A stretch of DNA of 64,000 nucleotides from Eledone cirrhosa. Lineage: Eukaryota. Both the position numbers and the translations under genes were made by a program. The stretch's first letter is position 1; every line of letters begins with the position of its first letter. Location of the stretch: contig CAXHJY010001687.1 of the NCBI GenBank assembly GCA_964016885.1, forward strand, positions 1 through 64,000, read 5' to 3'. Below, one piece after another: positions 60,196-64,000 of this stretch. The notes beneath the pieces are model-generated. The model did no database searches. It was given only the letters and a program-made list of their open reading frames with translations, and was not told where the DNA came from.

Positions 60196-61029
60196 ATTTC
60201 AGAAATCCAGATATGGGATAGAATTAAAGACAGCATAAATAAAAGTGTCCAGATGATATCAACACAACAAACATTGTCAATTAAATTAGTAGCATGTCTT
60301 AAGCATGGCTGACTGTAGCTTTCCAGAGTAATGTACCTGAATATCAAATGCATCAGTTTCTAGAGATTCTAAATCCATAGGGAACAAATGTTACATCCAT
60401 AGAGAAGACATGAACAATGAAATATCTGGAAGAAGTATTTAATGTTGATCTCGAGCAAGTTATATCAGTGAACCAGTGGATAAGACTATTATTATTTTAG
60501 TTTAGAAATAAAAATTCTTAGTTTGAAATCCAGTATATTACTGTGTTGACTTCTAGAAATATGATACTAGATGATCAAAGCAAAATGTAAATATAAATAA
60601 TTTAGGCAGAAGGCCACCAAATTTAGGGGAAAGGCAAAGTTGACTGTGGCAGGATTTGAACTCAGAATGTAAAGAGCCAGAACAAATATTGCAATGGCAT
60701 TTTATCTGATTCTCCACTAATTCTGCTAATCCCCCACCCTTTCTGTAAATATAAAATTTAAAAACTGTTTCATGTTGAAAGATGAGGTTAATAGTTTGGA
60801 AAATTATATCTTATTAACAATTACATTCAGACATTTAGAAAATAGGTGCTCAATAGTTTTTCATCAAGTTGTTACTTAATCTTCTAATAAAAGTTTAAAT
60901 TGATTCTTTAGCTGTTGAAAATGAGTGTATACATTAACAAGTTTAGCAATAAACTTCACACAGTATGAATTGTTTAGCTATTGGTAAATGTTATTTACCA
61001 GAGCTATTAATTATGAGTTATTCCTTTGT

Positions 61030-61400
61030 TGTTTAAACTTGTACTAAATAGACCAACCGTGACAATTATATCTGCATATGCACCTCAATCTGGACTGCCA
61101 GGCATACTAAAAAACGGGTTCTATGAGTCCCTAATGTTCACTACTTCCCAAATAACCAACAGTGACTTCATAATAATTGCAGGCAACTTTAATGGACATA
61201 ATGCAACACTGCGATGGCTTTGATGAGATCCGTGGAGGTTATGGGTTTGGTACTAGAAATGAGGAAGGTTTCAGGCTCCTGGAGTTCTGTGATGCTAATG
61301 ACATATCTATCTGTAACACAAACTTTAAAAAGCCAGACAATCACTTAATCACCAGTCAAATAGATTTTATCCTTGCCAGAAAATGAGATATTGGTAGAAT
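61030..61400 (+). mobile_element. Decayed RTE APE endonuclease fragment
   Basis: TIISAYAPQ, AGNFNGH, RNEEGFRLLEFCDAN, QIDFIL. Confidence 0.85.
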
Positions 61401-61685
61401 ACCAAATATTTTCAAATTGTATCTATCTTGGTCACCAACACATGACAGTTGTTGGGACAGGTTCATCTGCAAAAGTTGGAAAACCTGAAAGATAAAATAC
61501 TAATTACAAATACTACACAAGACTAATTGCAGGTTTTTAATTAGCTAGTTATCTAATAGCTTGACTTTTCCATATTTTTCCTGTAATTTCTACAAATTGA
61601 CAGTGAAAAGTATGTATCTGACCCTACCATTGAGGCATTACTGACAAGTATATTTGTTGAAATTATAACATTTTTTATCTTAAAG

Positions 61686-61788
61686 GTATTAGATAATGCT
61701 AGTTCAGTTCCAGATGGTTCTGCTGAGCCAACTGAAGGATCAACAACTATTGAAGATGTTACATCTTTCCCAAATACTCCAACTTCAG
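61686..61788 (+). CDS. IAP coding exon 3 (Ser/Thr/Pro-rich linker)
   Basis: Acceptor ttttttatcttaaag|; open frame VLDNASSVPDGSAEPTEG...TPTS; donor G|gtaaga; phases 0/1 fit both neighbours. Confidence 0.8.
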
Positions 61789-62289
61789 GTAAGAAAATAT
61801 ACAAAACAATGTCTGTAAATTCTAAAAATGTCTTATTTACTGTTTATAATTAAAATGTATACTGTTCATCAAAATGTTAATATTATTTCTGTGTTATTCT
61901 TGTTAACAACTAAAGAATTCTGTCCTTATTAAAATGAGAATCCGATAGCTCATCAAGAATTAAATTTTAATAGTGAAAGAATAAAAGATAGAATATAGAA
62001 AGTTTAGATGACCAAAACCCTCGAACAATCAAAATACAATACCTGTAAAACACAAGTAAAAACTTCTCAAAAGATCTTTTTATAAGTTTGTTCATGTTAG
62101 CATTGATGACCTGGGTAGACTCTGTCAGTGGATGTTAACAGGAAGTGACTGGTATACATTAATCTAGAGCTTAATCTTCAGTTTTCAAAACACTCTTTAG
62201 CACTCAAACTTCATTCAGACTAGATTGGGGTTTAGATTAACTTATCAATTTAATAGGAAACACATCTACATTGTCTTGATTACTATCTT

Positions 62290-63060
62290 GTAGACAGACT
62301 TCTCATGTCAGCACTCCTGTGCCATGTTGTTCATGCACACCAATACCACACAGTTATCGGGACATACTCACTCCACCTTCTTTGCAGATCCATGTCTCAC
62401 TATCATGCAGGTATCGCACATCCTACTTTTTACTCCAAGAAAGAAATCCTCCAGCTAATTCTCACTCTGGCTACCACACATTTAGAGCATCCCCCACAGC
62501 AGACTAGGTCACCCAGGTAACAAAAGTCATGAACAACTTCTAGGGAGCCTCCTTTGCAACTCTTGAGGGTATTTGTTTCATATGTTCTTTAATGCTTTCT
62601 TCTTTCAGGCATCTGCCACATACAAAGTCTATCTTCTCTGTTAACCTACCTGTAATTCCACTACATCTCTTGTGTGTCCATAGATTACACTGTATACATC
62701 TTGCAGAATTTCTGTCTACCCCTTTTTGATATATTGAACAAGAACACATCGCTGACAATATCAGGTTCCTGTCTGCCTTCCTACTTATTAAAACTTTAGT
62801 CTTTGCTAAGCTTACTTTTAAGCTTCTCAATTCTAGAATCCTCCTTCATGTCACAATTTTTGCCCCAAACTCCTACATCAATTCAGCTATAAAGACCAGC
62901 TCATTGGTATACAGGAGCTTTCATGGAGTGCCAGTCTCAAACTCTTCCATTATGGCTTGAAAAACAATAAACAGAAGTAGATTAAGGACTTCAACTTCAT
63001 CACCTTGCCCTTTGCCAACTCTCACTCTGTTGGTTGCACCTCCCCTCTGCATATTTTTGA
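62290..63060 (-). mobile_element. Decayed RTE RT/PHD fragment
   Basis: ORF 62540-62830: LAKTKVLI...CIQCNLWTHKRCSGI...CGRC. Confidence 0.85.
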
Positions 63061-63322
63061 CCTCCTGGTGTCAATTCTCAGTAGCAGCTATTTTCTGCTC
63101 TTAATACGAACAACCTCAACTTCCCATCTCTTAAAAACTTTATACTTCTTTGAGCAAGCAACAAGACACTTTTCCAGAACACCATCCTTGCGAGACTGTT
63201 ACTGCAAGCTATGTTCAGAAACAGATAAAAAAAACACTCAAAGAAATGGTCAAATGTCATCTTTATTTTATTAATTTAAATATGATTTTCTAATGAAGTT
63301 TTAATTCTATTTTAAATTTTAG

Positions 63323-63451
63323 GTATTCTCCCGAAATCTCGATATCTTAAATATTCCTGTCTGGATACACCTCCAGTTCTGGCTGTTTTATCTATGGGTT
63401 ATAAACGAAATGTAGTCAAAAGAGTAGTGAAAAATAAAATCAAAGAAACAG
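63323..63451 (+). CDS. IAP coding exon 4 (UBA domain N-terminal part); gene continues beyond the window
   Basis: Acceptor aaattttag|; LDTPPVLAVLSMGYKRNVVKRVVKNKIKETG resembles the cIAP/XIAP UBA (MGF/MGY loop); donor G|gtaaac. Confidence 0.88.
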
Positions 63452-64000
63452 GTAAACCTACTTACTGTTTTGTTTTCTTAATTATTTTCAATATACAAAA
63501 TGAAGCTATCCAATATGTGTTTAATTCATCACCATAACCATTAATGCTTTAACACATTTCTTCTATTCAGTGTGGATATTCTTTTATTGGTTCATTGGTT
63601 TCAGTCATTAGACTGTGGCCTTGCTGGGACAGTCTTGAATTGTCTACAAAATACAAAGGATTTTCTGTATATCTGCCCTTTATCATTTTATCTATGAAGT
63701 ACAAATTTATAAGATCTAATGTGATAACTTGGCTTAAATTCTTAAATTACGTAGATTTTTTTTCCCCTGGTATTTTTTTTATTTGTTATATTGTCATATC
63801 TTTCAAATTTTGTATATTTTTCAAATTTCTATCAGATATTTCGTAATTAATATATCAAAGTATATTTTCTCGTGGATATTTCATTGAAAACTTGCATTTG
63901 CTTTTTTAGTGGAAAATTCATTCAGTTATCTTTCTGCAAACTATCAAGTTAACCATCAATTTCTGGTTAATTTTGTCTTCTTTTAGTAAGTTTTTCAAGA

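Noticed and set aside
53288-63451. Specific gene symbol (XIAP/BIRC2/BIRC7)
   Set aside because: Orthology cannot be assigned by eye in an expanded invertebrate IAP family; the RING region lies outside the window.

Overview
AT-rich animal genomic DNA. It is most likely from a coleoid cephalopod (Octopus-like), inferred from the huge (TA)n arrays, the RTE LINEs with (GAT)n tails and the tRNA-derived SINEs. Positions ~1-52,900 are a dense retroelement pile-up interleaved with (TA)n/(TATG)n microsatellite. It holds a Gypsy relic, at least four RTE-clade LINE subfamilies (three with a PHD-type zinc finger inserted in the RT), CR1-like LINE pieces, RTE-dependent SINEs and a Tc1/mariner end. From 53,266 to the end lie four coding exons of an inhibitor-of-apoptosis (IAP/BIRC-like) gene on the + strand, with four BIR repeats (the first atypical) and a UBA domain; the gene continues beyond the window. 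The most striking unexplained signal is in the short non-coding islands between the TA arrays. These carry seven type I hammerhead-ribozyme folds with the CUGANGA/GAAA/NUH core and self-complementary helix III, plus decayed or rearranged copies. They belong to several distinct small element families (Penelope-pLTR or retrozyme-like); one family pairs the ribozyme with a conserved octamer motif, and one forms a 373-bp palindrome. The long YIYI-type ORFs are microsatellite artefacts. All structures were read by eye; nothing was computed or searched.
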